A stretch of 41,085 bases of DNA, taken from UHGV virus genome UHGV-0335424; one strand, 5' to 3'. The first letter of the stretch is position 1. Every line of letters begins with the position of its first letter. A program made the position numbers and the translations under genes. A model generated the notes under the pieces. The model saw only the letters and a program-made list of their open reading frames with translations. It made no database searches and was not told the origin of the DNA. Shown piece after piece: positions 26,004-34,882 of the stretch. This DNA comes from a virus.

Positions 26004-27152
26004 TCAAAGGCTATTTAGTTTATCAATTACTTGTTGTTTGGCTCTTTTTGTTACATGGTTATAAATAGACAGAGTTGTGTTTGCATCAGAATGCCCTACA
26101 CGCTCCATAATGGCTTTAAGAGGTACGCCTAATTCAGATAATAGTGAAACGTGGCTATGTCTGAATATATGTGAGGATAGACTTTTTTCTAATTCCAACT
26201 CTTCCTCTACTTTATGGAGTATAGCGTTAAATGAGTGCAGCGTAAGCGGGGTGCCACTTGTAGATATAAATATATATTGATCGGGATCTGTGGGTCTACC
26301 TTCAAGAATATTGTCAGCTATCACACTTTCAATCAATTCTTTTGCACGATTGGGTAATTGCACTTCACGTTGCGAATAAGTATTTTTTGGAGTTGTTTTT
26401 ATAGCATTATCCATTTTCATAGATGTGTAATCTAAGGTCCCATTAATGGAAATTTTCCCATCCTCATAGTCCTTCATTTGCAAAGCTAGCAATTCCCCAT
26501 ATCTCAAACCAGTTAAATATAGAAACTCAGCTATTCTGCCGTGTAGTTTTCTGCGAGGATTGGAGTATAGCTGTTTCAGTATTTGATCAATTTCTTCTTT
26601 CTCCAGATATTTTTTATTCATAGAAAGCCTTCTTTTTTCTTCTTCCACTTTTTTAGGATGGATTTTAACTGCTAGCGCAGGGTTTCTTTGAATGTATTTT
26701 CTATCGATTGCATAATTTAGCATAACAGATAGAGTTGTTTTTGTTTGTTTTGTGTAGTTCAGTGAGAGGTCACCAAACGTATACATATCTTCAATTATCT
26801 TATTAATGAGTGTCTCATCAATGTTTCTAACGATCGTATCATCGCTTATGTGCTTAGAAACATGTTTCATCATCATTGGAACCTTCAAATAGCTAGTACG
26901 TTTAACATGCTGCTTATAATATTCATGCCATTCTTTATACAGCTTACCAAAAGTGATATCTGATTTATTGTAATCTTCGAGTGCTTCTTTAATTTTTTTA
27001 TCTAGAATTTTCTGAGCTTTTTTCCACGCTTGTGGTGAATTACTTGTAAGTGTTGTAGATTTTTTCCGTGTTTTTTCTGTATAAGGATCTACATATCTTT
27101 CAATAAACTTGAATCGCCCATCTTTGGTTTGTTCAACCCACACTTTTAACAT
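26004..27152 (-). CDS. int: Tyrosine integrase.
   Basis: 382 aa. C-terminal catalytic motifs (…HIFRHSHVSLL…VGHSDANTTLSIYNHV). The likely true start is the GTG at 27143, which has 9-nt RBS spacing. Confidence 0.9.
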   Translation of the reverse strand: MLKVWVEQTKDGRFKFIERYVDPYTEKTRKKSTTLTSNSPQAWKKAQKILDKKIKEALEDYNKSDITFGKLYKEWHEYYKQHVKRTSYLKVPMMMKHVSKHISDDTIVRNIDETLINKIIEDMYTFGDLSLNYTKQTKTTLSVMLNYAIDRKYIQRNPALAVKIHPKKVEEEKRRLSMNKKYLEKEEIDQILKQLYSNPRRKLHGRIAEFLYLTGLRYGELLALQMKDYEDGKISINGTLDYTSMKMDNAIKTTPKNTYSQREVQLPNRAKELIESVIADNILEGRPTDPDQYIFISTSGTPLTLHSFNAILHKVEEELELEKSLSSHIFRHSHVSLLSELGVPLKAIMERVGHSDANTTLSIYNHVTKRAKQQVIDKLNSL

Positions 27153-27250
27153 CTCCTATCATTTGCTATAATAGGCATAACAAATAGACCTATATAGGTT
27201 TGTTTTCTAAAAGCACGCTCTTACTCTGGACGGTGGGGCGTGTTTTATTA

Positions 27251-27556
27251 TTACTTAATTTCTTTAATGTATTTTTGGTATTGTTTTTTAGAAACTTCAA
27301 ACTTATTATCACAGGCTTTACACGTCACGCTATAATTTTTTTGTAATAAAGGAACAAAAAAAGATAATAGCATCATTATTCCTCCTAAAGGAATCATTAT
27401 TAACCATCCAATTATAGGAATCCAAAAGCCGAAACTTAGAAGCATTAGTCCTATAAAAAAAAGCATACAACCATTTGATCTAGGGGACGTTACAGAAACT
27501 CTGTTACTGCCACAATTTTTACATGTAATAATATGTTGACCTAAATTTTTTTCCAT
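27251..27556 (-). CDS. Zinc-ribbon membrane protein with two CxxC pairs flanking two predicted transmembrane helices.
   Basis: CKNCGS…(transmembrane x2)…CKACDN. Confidence 0.55.
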   Translation of the reverse strand: MEKNLGQHIITCKNCGSNRVSVTSPRSNGCMLFFIGLMLLSFGFWIPIIGWLIMIPLGGIMMLLSFFVPLLQKNYSVTCKACDNKFEVSKKQYQKYIKEIK

Positions 27557-27616
27557 CCTAACTCTCCATTTCTATGGTAAAATAGATTTGACTTTTTAAA
27601 TGAAGTCGCTCTCATG

Positions 27617-27647
27617 AGCCCGTGTTGCAGCACGGGCTTTTTTTTAC
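27617..27647 (+). terminator. Plus-strand rho-independent terminator embedded between minus-strand genes.
   Basis: AGCCCGTG-ttgcag-CACGGGCT followed by T9. Confidence 0.5.
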
Positions 27648-28078
27648 TGTGCATAAGAGTATTTTTTCTTGAAATATGACTGGCAAACATTAAAACATTC
27701 TGTTCTTAACTTATTATTGATAGAGTAGAACTTCATGAAATTTTCTAATTTGAACTGAGTTTCATCAGTCAGTTCGTTCTCAATAAAGATATTTAGTAAA
27801 ATCATAATTGCAATTTTATCAGCTTCAGTTTCGAATTTTGAATGAAAAGTTGCAGAGTTATCGTACAGTACTGAATATTCAAAATGTGAAGCAATGAAAT
27901 GACCGAGCTCATGGGCTAAATGAAAAGCTTCAGAACTGTCTTCGTGTAGTTTTTCATTCAAAAATACTATTCTTGGTTTTGGATAATAAAAACCTGGTTC
28001 TTCCATTTCCATATAGATTAACTTTAAATTATACTCACTCAGCATTTCTTTCAACTTTAAATACATACAACCCATCAC
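27644..28078 (-). CDS. ImmA/IrrE-family metalloprotease.
   Basis: HELGHFIASHFE (HEXXH). Confidence 0.8.
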   Translation of the reverse strand: MMGCMYLKLKEMLSEYNLKLIYMEMEEPGFYYPKPRIVFLNEKLHEDSSEAFHLAHELGHFIASHFEYSVLYDNSATFHSKFETEADKIAIMILLNIFIENELTDETQFKLENFMKFYSINNKLRTECFNVCQSYFKKKYSYAQ

Positions 28079-28083
28079 TCCAA

Positions 28084-28407
28084 CTATTCATTTTCTTCTA
28101 AAGCTTTAGCAATTGCAATCGCTTTACGCATTGTCTCCTTAGATATTTCTTTTCCATCAAAAGAAAATACAGTATCATCTTCTGATAAATCCACGTGTTT
28201 AGGGGTCTCTTTTTCTTCTCTACCTAGAAGATAGTCTACAGAGACATTGAAATAGTCAGCAATTTCTTGCAATTTTTCAGCGGATGGTTGTTTTCCACTT
28301 TTTAAACTATAGAAATAGTTTTCACTGTATCCTAAATCAATTGTTACTTGTTTCATTGTTTTTGAATGTTTTTTTGCAAGAAATTTTATCCGCTCAAATA
28401 CTGTCAT
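28084..28407 (-). CDS. cI-like repressor, XRE-family helix-turn-helix.
   Basis: 107 aa. N-terminal helix-turn-helix. Divergent from the cro-like gene. Confidence 0.85.
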   Translation of the reverse strand: MTVFERIKFLAKKHSKTMKQVTIDLGYSENYFYSLKSGKQPSAEKLQEIADYFNVSVDYLLGREEKETPKHVDLSEDDTVFSFDGKEISKETMRKAIAIAKALEENE

Positions 28408-28462
28408 ACCAGCATTCTCCTTTTTTCTTTACAAAAAACCAATAAAAAAGTGTAGTTTTGCG

Positions 28463-28491
28463 TTGACATAAACAATACTATAGTGTATATT
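28463..28491 (+). promoter_or_regulatory. Early rightward promoter (TTGACA, 17 nt, TATATT) with operator O1 (ATACTATAGTGTAT, 28474..28487) in its spacer.
   Basis: Consensus -35 hexamer. Palindromic core ACTATAGT. Confidence 0.6.
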
Positions 28492-28609
28492 GGTTTTGTA
28501 AGTTAATTGGATAGAAAAAAAGCAAACTAAAAACACACCTTATAGCATTAAGTTTGGCGACCGATTGCATAATAAAGGGTTTGTTGTAGGCTTATTTAAC
28601 TATGACTAT

Positions 28610-28639
28610 ATACTACACTATAGTATAGTTTGCAGTCAA
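28610..28639 (-). promoter_or_regulatory. Candidate leftward promoter (TTGACT, 18 nt, TAGTAT) with operator O2 (28612..28625, an inverted copy of O1).
   Basis: Read on the minus strand. O2 matches the reverse complement of O1 at 12 of 14 positions. Confidence 0.4.
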
Positions 28640-28690
28640 CTAAAAATATACTTTTCTATCCAATTTTCTTTCTAAACAAAAAGAAAGGAA

Positions 28691-28891
28691 GTGTGTGAAG
28701 TGAGTAATATCGATAATGGGCGGGAAGCCATCAAAGAATTTATGAAAGCAAATAATATTTCAGAATACGATTTGGCCACTGCATATGGTAGATCGAGAAC
28801 TTGGATTCAGCGTGTTTTAAGTGGAAAAGATAAAGGTCCAGCTGTTAACGCCTTTATTCTGGAAGTTATTCGCGATCATAAAATTCGATAG
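28691..28891 (+). CDS. Cro-like helix-turn-helix regulator.
   Basis: GTG start after AAAGGAAG. 66 aa. Confidence 0.55.
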   Translation: MCEVSNIDNGREAIKEFMKANNISEYDLATAYGRSRTWIQRVLSGKDKGPAVNAFILEVIRDHKIR

Positions 28892-28902
28892 GAGAGAAAT
28901 AG

Positions 28903-29061
28903 ATGGAAAATAAAAAAACTGAATTAATAACTGTAGAAATAATCGGAATTGATGATGCAACAAAAAAAGCTGAAAGATATATTGAGTTATTAAAAGAAGC
29001 CAAAACGTTGGCAGACGAATTGGCTTCAAAGGAATTTGAAATTGAGATTAAGCAGGACTAA
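28903..29061 (+). CDS. Hypothetical small protein (52 aa).
   Basis: RBS TAGGAGAG. Below the ORF-track size cutoff. Confidence 0.35.
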   Translation: MENKKTELITVEIIGIDDATKKAERYIELLKEAKTLADELASKEFEIEIKQD

Positions 29062-29246
29062 ACCTTGCCCTTGAAATCAATTTCAGCTCCGCAATATTTA
29101 CACTTGTTTTTTCCATTAGATATTTTAATTTTTTTACCACAGGAAGGACAAGTATAATCGACGCCCTTTTTTAAAATCTTGTTTGCTTCGGATTTTATGA
29201 TTTTTTCAAGGTCGCCACTGATTTTAACACTGGTTTTTCTACTCAT
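29058..29246 (-). CDS. Zinc-ribbon small protein (CPSCG…CKYCG), antisense to the early operon.
   Basis: RBS GTGAGGTGG. Extended -10 promoter TGGTATACT upstream on the minus strand. Confidence 0.5.
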   Translation of the reverse strand: MSRKTSVKISGDLEKIIKSEANKILKKGVDYTCPSCGKKIKISNGKNKCKYCGAEIDFKGKV

Positions 29247-29296
29247 AGATCCACCTCACTTTCAATAGTGAGTATACCAGAGAAGGAGGTAACAAC

Positions 29297-29452
29297 ATGA
29301 AAATTAGCATTGAAGCAACGCCACAAGAAATAGCAGAATTGCTCCAAGCTATTGCGAGTAGCCAGGAGCACACTAAACGCAAACATCCAGAATCGAAAAT
29401 AGAATATGATCCGCAGACGGGTGAAGGAAAGCTTATTCCTCAAAATAAATAA
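29297..29452 (+). CDS. Hypothetical small protein (51 aa).
   Basis: Excellent RBS AGAAGGAGGT with a 7-nt spacer. Preferred over the overlapping minus-strand ORF 29243..29443. Confidence 0.45.
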   Translation: MKISIEATPQEIAELLQAIASSQEHTKRKHPESKIEYDPQTGEGKLIPQNK

Positions 29453-29684
29453 TAACCTTCTTGCTTCGTACCGGTATTGTCTGATTGAATTTACGGTTCG
29501 AATAGATAGTTAAAAACTCACTATCACGAGCAACGCATATTACAGTATCATCTTCGAATTCTTGAAGAATCATATCGTGGTTGAAAGTAAATAATGTACG
29601 AGTTTTATCTGGCGCCTCAATTTTGAATTCATTTACGAACTCTATGGGCAATTCAGACTGGAAATCCAATTTATAGTCTTTCAA
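29433..29684 (-). CDS. Hypothetical protein (83 aa from the TTG start), antisense to the early operon.
   Basis: RBS AAGGAGGTGG. Extended -10 promoter TTGGTATAAT at about 29735..29750 on the minus strand. Confidence 0.4.
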   Translation of the reverse strand: MKDYKLDFQSELPIEFVNEFKIEAPDKTRTLFTFNHDMILQEFEDDTVICVARDSEFLTIYSNRKFNQTIPVRSKKVIIYFEE

Positions 29685-29759
29685 AGTTGCCACCTCCTTA
29701 TCAATTATTTCAGCCTGTCACACTGATAAGGAAATTATACCAAAGAAAGGAATGAAAAA

Positions 29760-30509
29760 ATGAACACACCACAAATTTTCAATTTCGAACAAAACGAAGT
29801 TCGAACTATTTTAGTAAATGACGAGCCATATTTTGTAGGAAAAGACGTTGCAAGTGTTTTGGGTTATTCAAACACTAAAGATGCTTTGTCGCGGCATGTA
29901 GATTTGGAAGATAAGATGGGGTCGCGAATCACGACCTCAGGTCAATCGAGAGAGATGACGATTATCAACGAATCAGGTCTATACAGTTTAATACTTAAAT
30001 CCAAGCTACCAAACGCAAAGAAGTTCAAACGTTGGGTAACGAGTGAAGTCCTTCCAACAATTAGAAAAACAGGTAGCTATTCAAACGTACCTCAAAGTTT
30101 TGCACAAGCATTGCGTTTAGCAGCGGATTTAGAAGAAAAGAACCAATTACTCGAACAACAAATTGCCGAGTACGAACCAAAGATTAGCTACTTAGATACG
30201 ATTCTTTCATCGACAGATACGGTAGCGACTTCTCAAATTGCAGCTGATTACGGAATGTCGGCAATTGCTCTAAACAAATTGCTTAACGAGTTAGGTGTTC
30301 AACATAAAGTTAGCGGACAATGGATACTTTACCGAAAACATATGAACCAAGGATACACAAAATCGCACACAAGTGAGATTCCGAAAGCCGATGGCGGCAC
30401 TAAAGTTGTAATGAATACCAAATGGACACAGAAAGGGCGAGTGTTTATTTACAACTTATTAATCGCAGAGGGCTATTACCCTCAAATGGATTTAGAGGAA
30501 ATTTGTTAG
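29760..30509 (+). CDS. Antirepressor with Bro-N and KilA-C domains.
   Basis: N-terminus FNFEQNEVRTILVNDEPYFVGKDVASVLGY. C-terminus YLDTILSSTDTVATSQIAADYGMSAIALNKLL. Confidence 0.8.
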   Translation: MNTPQIFNFEQNEVRTILVNDEPYFVGKDVASVLGYSNTKDALSRHVDLEDKMGSRITTSGQSREMTIINESGLYSLILKSKLPNAKKFKRWVTSEVLPTIRKTGSYSNVPQSFAQALRLAADLEEKNQLLEQQIAEYEPKISYLDTILSSTDTVATSQIAADYGMSAIALNKLLNELGVQHKVSGQWILYRKHMNQGYTKSHTSEIPKADGGTKVVMNTKWTQKGRVFIYNLLIAEGYYPQMDLEEIC

Positions 30510-30523
30510 AAAGGAGTTTTAGT

Positions 30524-30727
30524 ATGACTGACATTGCAGAAATCACTCAACGAGATAGAGAAAAAATCAAAGAATATGTCGAAAGTTCGAAGTTCTTAAC
30601 TTACACCATGCTTGCTGAAAGATTTGGAATTAGTAAAAGCTATTTATCTTTAATTTTAAACGGTAAAAAGACTTCTGCAGAAGCAAACAGAATTATAGAT
30701 TCGATTATCACTATGTACGAATTGTAG
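30524..30727 (+). CDS. Small helix-turn-helix DNA-binding protein.
   Basis: RBS AAAGGAG then ATG at 30524. The track ORF extends upstream without an RBS. Confidence 0.5.
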   Translation: MTDIAEITQRDREKIKEYVESSKFLTYTMLAERFGISKSYLSLILNGKKTSAEANRIIDSIITMYEL

Positions 30728-30741
30728 AGGAGGAAAACGAA

Positions 30742-31041
30742 ATGAAAAAACCAACGCTTTCGGAGTTGATAGAAGCTACTGAGAAGGCAGCAAACCCAGA
30801 CGATTGGTATCGTCAAAGTTTGATCTTGGAGAAGTTCCACGGCATGTCAAAAACTACTTTAGTTGAATACTGCAAGGAAATGGAAACAATTCCTGAATTT
30901 TCAGAAGGAATTGTTCGTCCAGGACATTCAACCACATTTATTCATTACCATACTTTTATTTGGTTTTTAAAATGGAAAGACGCAAATAAATATCGTGTAA
31001 AAATATTGTCTCCTTCAGATGTTTTGAAGGAAGCAAGTTGA
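30742..31041 (+). CDS. Hypothetical protein.
   Basis: RBS AGGAGGAAAACGAA. Confidence 0.45.
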   Translation: MKKPTLSELIEATEKAANPDDWYRQSLILEKFHGMSKTTLVEYCKEMETIPEFSEGIVRPGHSTTFIHYHTFIWFLKWKDANKYRVKILSPSDVLKEAS

Positions 31042-31088
31042 TTATTTTCAGAGTAAAAAGTAAACAAAAATATTAGGAGGAAAATTTG

Positions 31089-31373
31089 ATGAAGATTACA
31101 GTACCAGATGAATTGATAGCAGATGAGTTGACAGAACAAATAGTAAGAAAGGTTTTAGATGCACTTGATGAACGACTGAAGGTAATGAACAAGTCAGTGG
31201 AGCTTCCTCCGTATCCAAACAAATCAGAGGTGAAAAAAATTTTAGGCATTGGTGATGACAAATTAACACATTGGATAAACCTAGGCTTAAAAACACAGCA
31301 GTGGAGCAAGTTAGACATCAGAATTGAACGATCGGAACTCCAAAGATTTTTGAAAGAAAACTTTGAGTTCTAA
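31089..31373 (+). CDS. Helix-turn-helix protein, excisionase/MerR-like (putative).
   Basis: RBS TAGGAGG with an 8-nt spacer. Confidence 0.45.
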   Translation: MKITVPDELIADELTEQIVRKVLDALDERLKVMNKSVELPPYPNKSEVKKILGIGDDKLTHWINLGLKTQQWSKLDIRIERSELQRFLKENFEF

Positions 31374-31393
31374 AGGCAAAGGAGAATGATTTT

Positions 31394-31582
31394 ATGTCTT
31401 ACACATTGCAACAAGAACATCAAATTCTCCGTTTGATTAAACAACGCAGGAAACAATTACAAGATGATCGTGAAGCGCTTAGAAAAGCCGATGAGCTATC
31501 AGATAGACAAGATGAACTAATTGCTTCTGAACTTGAGGATTTGAGAATGCTAGAAATAAAAAATAGGGAGATTAGATTATGA
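31394..31582 (+). CDS. Small coiled-coil protein.
   Basis: 62 aa. RBS AAAGGAG. Confidence 0.4.
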   Translation: MSYTLQQEHQILRLIKQRRKQLQDDREALRKADELSDRQDELIASELEDLRMLEIKNREIRL

Positions 31583-31752
31583 AGAAGACAGACACACTTT
31601 TTATAGGATTCATTTTGGGGCTATTAGTGATAGTAGCACACCAAAGTATTATCGGGGGAAGTTTGTTCGCAGCATTGATGGTTTTAATCAATCTGCTTGA
31701 TTCAAAAGAAAGGAGCAACTATGGCACGAGAAGAAGCACTAAAAATCGGTAA
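31579..31752 (+). CDS. Small membrane protein with two predicted transmembrane helices (57 aa).
   Basis: ATGA overlap with the upstream stop. Below the track size cutoff. Confidence 0.35.
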   Translation: MKKTDTLFIGFILGLLVIVAHQSIIGGSLFAALMVLINLLDSKERSNYGTRRSTKNR

Positions 31753-31849
31753 AGTGATTGCTGATAATTGGTGGACCAATAACCGTCCTATTATTTTAAG
31801 CAAGCAACATATCGAAAAGAAAAAAGCATGGCAACAAATAAAAAAGTGA
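31721..31849 (+). CDS. Small ORF (42 aa).
   Basis: RBS AAAGGAGCAACT. Confidence 0.3.
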   Translation: MAREEALKIGKVIADNWWTNNRPIILSKQHIEKKKAWQQIKK

Positions 31850-31907
31850 CTCCGCCGACCAAAGCAATGAGTCACTCAAAAAATCATAACTAAGGAGATT
31901 TTAACAT

Positions 31908-32249
31908 ATGGAAAATGAACTTTCCACTCTAGATCAATATTTGGCCGATCCTGATTGGGGCAAATCGAATAGTAAGGAAACAAACAACCGAAAAATCAGA
32001 CGAAATCTTTTTACAAATGAAGAACTAGCATGTGATCAAGATGACTTGGGAAACTTTGTGAGTATTTGGGATCATGTTTACCTTATCCATCTATCGAAAC
32101 ATTCGAATAAACCTGAATATATTTATGTCGCCGAAGATGGCTTGATTGATGCGCTCGAAGAGTACGAAAGGGATAACTTGATTGATATCTCTTATTACGG
32201 ACAAGGCAAAAAATACATCGCTGAAATGGAGGCAGAATTTGATGAGTGA
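31908..32249 (+). CDS. Hypothetical protein.
   Basis: RBS AAGGAG. Confidence 0.45.
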   Translation: MENELSTLDQYLADPDWGKSNSKETNNRKIRRNLFTNEELACDQDDLGNFVSIWDHVYLIHLSKHSNKPEYIYVAEDGLIDALEEYERDNLIDISYYGQGKKYIAEMEAEFDE

Positions 32250-32988
32250 AAAGGAACAACCTTTGAAAAATAGAAGTGATAATACGCTTTTTAATAGCTT
32301 ATACAAAATAAATGTGAAAGATGTTACTGAAAAACGAAATAACCTCACTTATCTTTCGTGGGCATGGGCTTGGGCAGAAGTTAGCAAAGTGTGTGAGGCA
32401 GTAGATTATGAAATCTATCGTGATCCAGAAACGCATCGTCCATACCTCTTTGATGAAAAAACAGGCTATATGGTTTTTACCAGTATCACAGTCAACGGAG
32501 TAAAGCGTGACATGTGGTTACCAGTCATGGATGGTGCAAACAAGGCAATGAAAGATGAGCCATATACCTACGAAGTCAATGATTATCAGTGGAATAACGA
32601 AACGAAGAAAAAAGAGATTGTTGGAAAAATCGAAAAGCGAGTTGAAGCAGCAACTATGTTTGATATCAACAAAACGATCATGCGCTGTCTTGTAAAAAAT
32701 CTAGCAATGTTTGGGCTAGGGCTATATATATTTGCTGGCGAAGATATGCCAGAAGATGTCTCGATGCTTGAACCAGCTACTCAAAGAAGCAAAAAGCTAT
32801 TCTTGGATGCTTTACAACTGGTTGCTAACAAGTACGAAAAATCAATTGATGAAGCAATTGTTGCATTGACTGATGCGGCTTCTATAACCGCTGATGACAG
32901 TAAATGGACCAAGAGAGACTTGGGCATTCTAAAACGAGGCGTTAATTGGCTTGAAGATCAGTACAGAGAAGAAACAAAAGAGAAGTGA
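32242..32988 (+). CDS. Single-strand annealing protein, Rad52/Sak-like (DUF1071-like).
   Basis: Motif NLTYLSWAWAWAEV. Position just before the replication genes fits. Confidence 0.55.
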   Translation: MSEKEQPLKNRSDNTLFNSLYKINVKDVTEKRNNLTYLSWAWAWAEVSKVCEAVDYEIYRDPETHRPYLFDEKTGYMVFTSITVNGVKRDMWLPVMDGANKAMKDEPYTYEVNDYQWNNETKKKEIVGKIEKRVEAATMFDINKTIMRCLVKNLAMFGLGLYIFAGEDMPEDVSMLEPATQRSKKLFLDALQLVANKYEKSIDEAIVALTDAASITADDSKWTKRDLGILKRGVNWLEDQYREETKEK

Positions 32989-32993
32989 TATGA

Positions 32994-33680
32994 GTGTTTA
33001 AACCACTAATAGATTCATACTCGGCGGTACTAAAGAAATTTAAAGGTAACGACATTGGTGCAACAATCAACGAAGAAGTAAATATCGAACGGCTGAAAAC
33101 GATGTATGACGGCTATGATGGCGATCGAATCATTGAAATTCGCTTTATTGATCCACGTCGGTTCACAGTACAGCAAAGAAACTTCATCTATGCGCTCATA
33201 GGCGATATTTTCATCGATACAGGCATGCCAACGGACTTCTGGAAGGAATTCTTCTACTTCCGTTTCGAAGGTGTCACAGGGCGCGAAATAAGCCTCAAAG
33301 ACGAATCGAGCACAACCGTGAGTGATGCCAATATCTTAGCGAATATCATCCTAGATTTTATCTTTGAACATCATATTCCTTTCAAAGAAGGTTATGAGAT
33401 TTTACCAGCTAATCAAGAATATTACTTCTACAAATGCATCACAAAAAGAGTCTGCTGCATCTGTGGCAAAACAGGAGCTGATATCGATCACTTTGATAAA
33501 GCGTTAGGAAGACGAAAGCGCAAAGAAGTTGATCATTCAGAGTACACATTTGCAGCACTCTGCAGAATCCATCATACGGAGAAACACAAAATAGGTGTGA
33601 TCAATTTCAAAAATAAATATCAAATCAAAGGGATCAAGTTAAACCAGGAAACAATCAAAAAGTTAAATATTGGAGGGTAA
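32994..33680 (+). CDS. HNH-motif (His-Me finger) protein.
   Basis: CCICGKTGADIDH…ALCRIHHTEKH. Confidence 0.45.
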   Translation: MFKPLIDSYSAVLKKFKGNDIGATINEEVNIERLKTMYDGYDGDRIIEIRFIDPRRFTVQQRNFIYALIGDIFIDTGMPTDFWKEFFYFRFEGVTGREISLKDESSTTVSDANILANIILDFIFEHHIPFKEGYEILPANQEYYFYKCITKRVCCICGKTGADIDHFDKALGRRKRKEVDHSEYTFAALCRIHHTEKHKIGVINFKNKYQIKGIKLNQETIKKLNIGG

Positions 33681-33682
33681 AA

Positions 33683-34432
33683 ATGACAGAACATCGAAGT
33701 TATTATGCGATTATACCAGCCAACGTAAGGTACGACAAAAGACTTAAACCAAATACTAAGTTGTTATACGGAGAGATAACGGCCTTGTGTAATGAAAGAG
33801 GCTTTTGTTGGGCAGGCAATGAGTACTTTGCAGATTTATATGGTGTGAATAAAGAGACCATATCGCGATGGGTAAGTGATTTGATTAAGTTTGGATACTT
33901 GAATCGGGAAATCATTTACAAAGAGGGTACCAATCAAATAATCAATAGGTACCTACGAATTAATCAATACCCTATTGACGAAAAACGCAATACCCCTATT
34001 GACGAAAAAGTCAAAGATAATAATACATCTTTTAATAATACATTTAATAATACAAAAGAATATATAAGAGAGTTACCGCCTTCGAAAAAATCGAAGGCTA
34101 AGCCTATCCGTCATAAATACGGAGAGTATAAAAATGTGCTTTTGTCAGAAGACCAAATGGAAAAACTCAAAATAGAATTCCCTAATGACTATCAAGAACG
34201 AATAGAACGGCTATCTGAGTATTGTGAATCATCAGGTAAGACTTATAAAAACTATTTGGCAACTATTCGAAGTTGGGCAAGGAAAGAAAAAAGTGAACCT
34301 AAGAACGCAAGCAGTGGATACAAGCGCACAGGAAGACGAGAGAAGCTTCCTGAATGGGCAATCGACCAAGAAGCCTATCAAAAGAAAAAAGCGCTAGAAC
34401 GAGCTAATAGACAATCCAAAGCACCATTCTAA
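33683..34432 (+). CDS. Replisome organizer / replication initiator (Phage_rep_org_N plus a DnaD-like region).
   Basis: N-terminus YYAIIPANVRYDKRLKPNTKLLYGEITALCNERGFCWAGNEYFA. Contains internal iterons. Confidence 0.8.
   Translation: MTEHRSYYAIIPANVRYDKRLKPNTKLLYGEITALCNERGFCWAGNEYFADLYGVNKETISRWVSDLIKFGYLNREIIYKEGTNQIINRYLRINQYPIDEKRNTPIDEKVKDNNTSFNNTFNNTKEYIRELPPSKKSKAKPIRHKYGEYKNVLLSEDQMEKLKIEFPNDYQERIERLSEYCESSGKTYKNYLATIRSWARKEKSEPKNASSGYKRTGRREKLPEWAIDQEAYQKKKALERANRQSKAPF
33968..34048. repeat. Putative origin of replication: iterons CCCTATTGACGAAAAA x2 (24-nt period) followed by AT-rich TAATAATACAT repeats.
   Basis: Exact 16-mer at 33970 and 33994, then three AATAATACA copies. Confidence 0.55.
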
Positions 34433-34443
34433 GAGGTGGAAAA

Positions 34444-34713
34444 TTGAAAATCGATTATCTAGAACTGATCAATGAAATAGCAAGTTACAAAACTGGTGAG
34501 GAAATAGAGATTCTGAGAGACGTTTATGAACAACTTGATGAAGCTGGAATCGAACGAATTAAGAATGATCGTTCAAGTTGGAGTAAACTCAGATACTATT
34601 TCGCACTTTATATCGATGCAACACAATTAAGAAATTTAGCTTATATAAAATTACTATTTGTTGATTGCGTTAAAGGATTGCAAAAACATCTTAGTGAACT
34701 TGAGCAGGTGTAA
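34444..34713 (+). CDS. Hypothetical protein.
   Basis: TTG start after GAGGTGG. Confidence 0.4.
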   Translation: MKIDYLELINEIASYKTGEEIEILRDVYEQLDEAGIERIKNDRSSWSKLRYYFALYIDATQLRNLAYIKLLFVDCVKGLQKHLSELEQV

Positions 34714-34717
34714 TCAG

Positions 34718-34882
34718 ATGGATCTAAAAACATTTACAGCACAGATCGAACTAATGCATCAAGAAGCTTTAAGACAAAGCGCCTCGTACGAAGACAAGTG
34801 GCTCAACACGTTCCATGGTGGACGTGAGAGCGCACTTGATCAAGTACTCAAATTATTGAAAGGGGAACGTCGGGATGGATAA
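34718..34882 (+). CDS. Hypothetical small protein.
   Basis: First ATG in the frame. Confidence 0.3.
   Translation: MDLKTFTAQIELMHQEALRQSASYEDKWLNTFHGGRESALDQVLKLLKGERRDG

Noticed and set aside
29243-29443. 66-aa minus-strand ORF.
   Set aside because: Hydrophobic, low-complexity translation. Overlaps the plus-strand ORF 29297..29452, which has a near-perfect RBS.
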